DNA of 64,000 bases from Eledone cirrhosa (taxonomy: Eukaryota), in assembly GCA_964016885.1 (NCBI GenBank), contig OZ024743.1:281604001-281668000 (forward strand), written 5' to 3'. Below the pieces are notes generated by a model, which searched no databases, had not been told where the DNA came from, and saw only the letters and a list, made by a program, of their open reading frames with translations. The translations under genes and the position numbers were made by a program. Position 1 is the stretch's first letter. Every line of letters starts with the position of its first letter. Below are positions 1 to 64,000 of this stretch, piece by piece.

Positions 1-730
1 ACTTAATACTTTCATTACCTTATTTCTACTGAAAAATGGTGGTAGTAATTTTTAACCCTATATTTTGAAAATAACCTATAATTTGCAGGCATTTAGTAAT
101 ATAATTCACCTTCTCATTATTAAGCCTGCGTTTGGAAAATAAAATTACGGTGGAAGGTTTTTAGTCAAATATAAATACTTTACAACAAACAGTTTTGTAA
201 CATAGAACCAGGAAGTTGGTATTGAAAGGTTTAAATAAGCAAAAATTTGGAAAGATTTAGTAATATAACTAACATTCTCATTAATAAACTGGTATTTGGG
301 ACATTACTTAACCCTTTCATTACCATATTTCTAATGAAAGAGACTGCCTATGAATTTTGAATCATTTTGAATTTAATCTAGATTTTTGAGGGATATAGCA
401 ATATAACTTTCTTATTATTCAGTTTGTATTTAGTTCAAATTCCGTTGAGGTTAGCTTTGCCTTTTATTCTTATAGGGTCAATAAAATAAAGTACCATAAA
501 TGCTCTGGGGTCGATTTAATAAACTTTCCTCTTTCCACAAATTGTTGGCCTTGTGCCTTTGAAGCACAACTTATCAAAGGTTCTTACATAAAAATATGAT
601 GGAATGTTTTGCAGATAAATACCATATAAGCATTTTAAAACAGTTTGATATCAAAAGAGTTAAAATGTCAACACAAGTGAACTGTCACCATAACTATAAT
701 GGGAAGAAAGAAATTAAATTCTGATCATAC

Positions 731-63906
<63,176 letters not shown>

Positions 63907-64000
63907 CTAGATATAGAAATAGAAACATTAATGAAGAATTATTTCTGTTGATGGTACTTGCTAGATATTTTTGTAAATGCATATCATTTTTTTTTGTAAA

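Noticed and set aside
1-30. Possible next A2M exon after 'ttttcag' on the minus strand
   Set aside because: Stop codon within four codons in the required phase, and the sequence belongs to a repeat.

Overview
This is AT-rich animal genomic DNA. The SINE families, RTE LINEs with (GAT)n tails and very long TA/CA arrays suggest a coleoid cephalopod such as Octopus (inference). One host gene crosses the whole window on the minus strand: an alpha-2-macroglobulin/thioester-protein (A2M/TEP) family gene. Ten GT-AG exons can be read, covering MG6, linker with RKKR, bait, MG7, CUB and the start of the TED. Its thioester motif GCGEQ is replaced by TNGEG. One expected exon is not visible in a ~43 kb stretch that contains a 200-N gap. 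That stretch is a nest of transposons embedded in TA-rich microsatellites: an intact full-length RTE LINE (APE + RT + PHD-type finger, preceded by ~453-bp tandem monomers) with truncated relatives, CR1-type fragments, a DD37D/maT element, a mariner, Penelope-like GIY-YIG remnants and a short RTE-derived non-autonomous element. Elsewhere lie an Hsmar2-like mariner, a non-autonomous Helitron, a 2.7-kb minisatellite and many SINEs. Several fold-back elements carry minimal hammerhead-ribozyme motifs. Almost all long YI-rich ORFs in the track are microsatellite artefacts.
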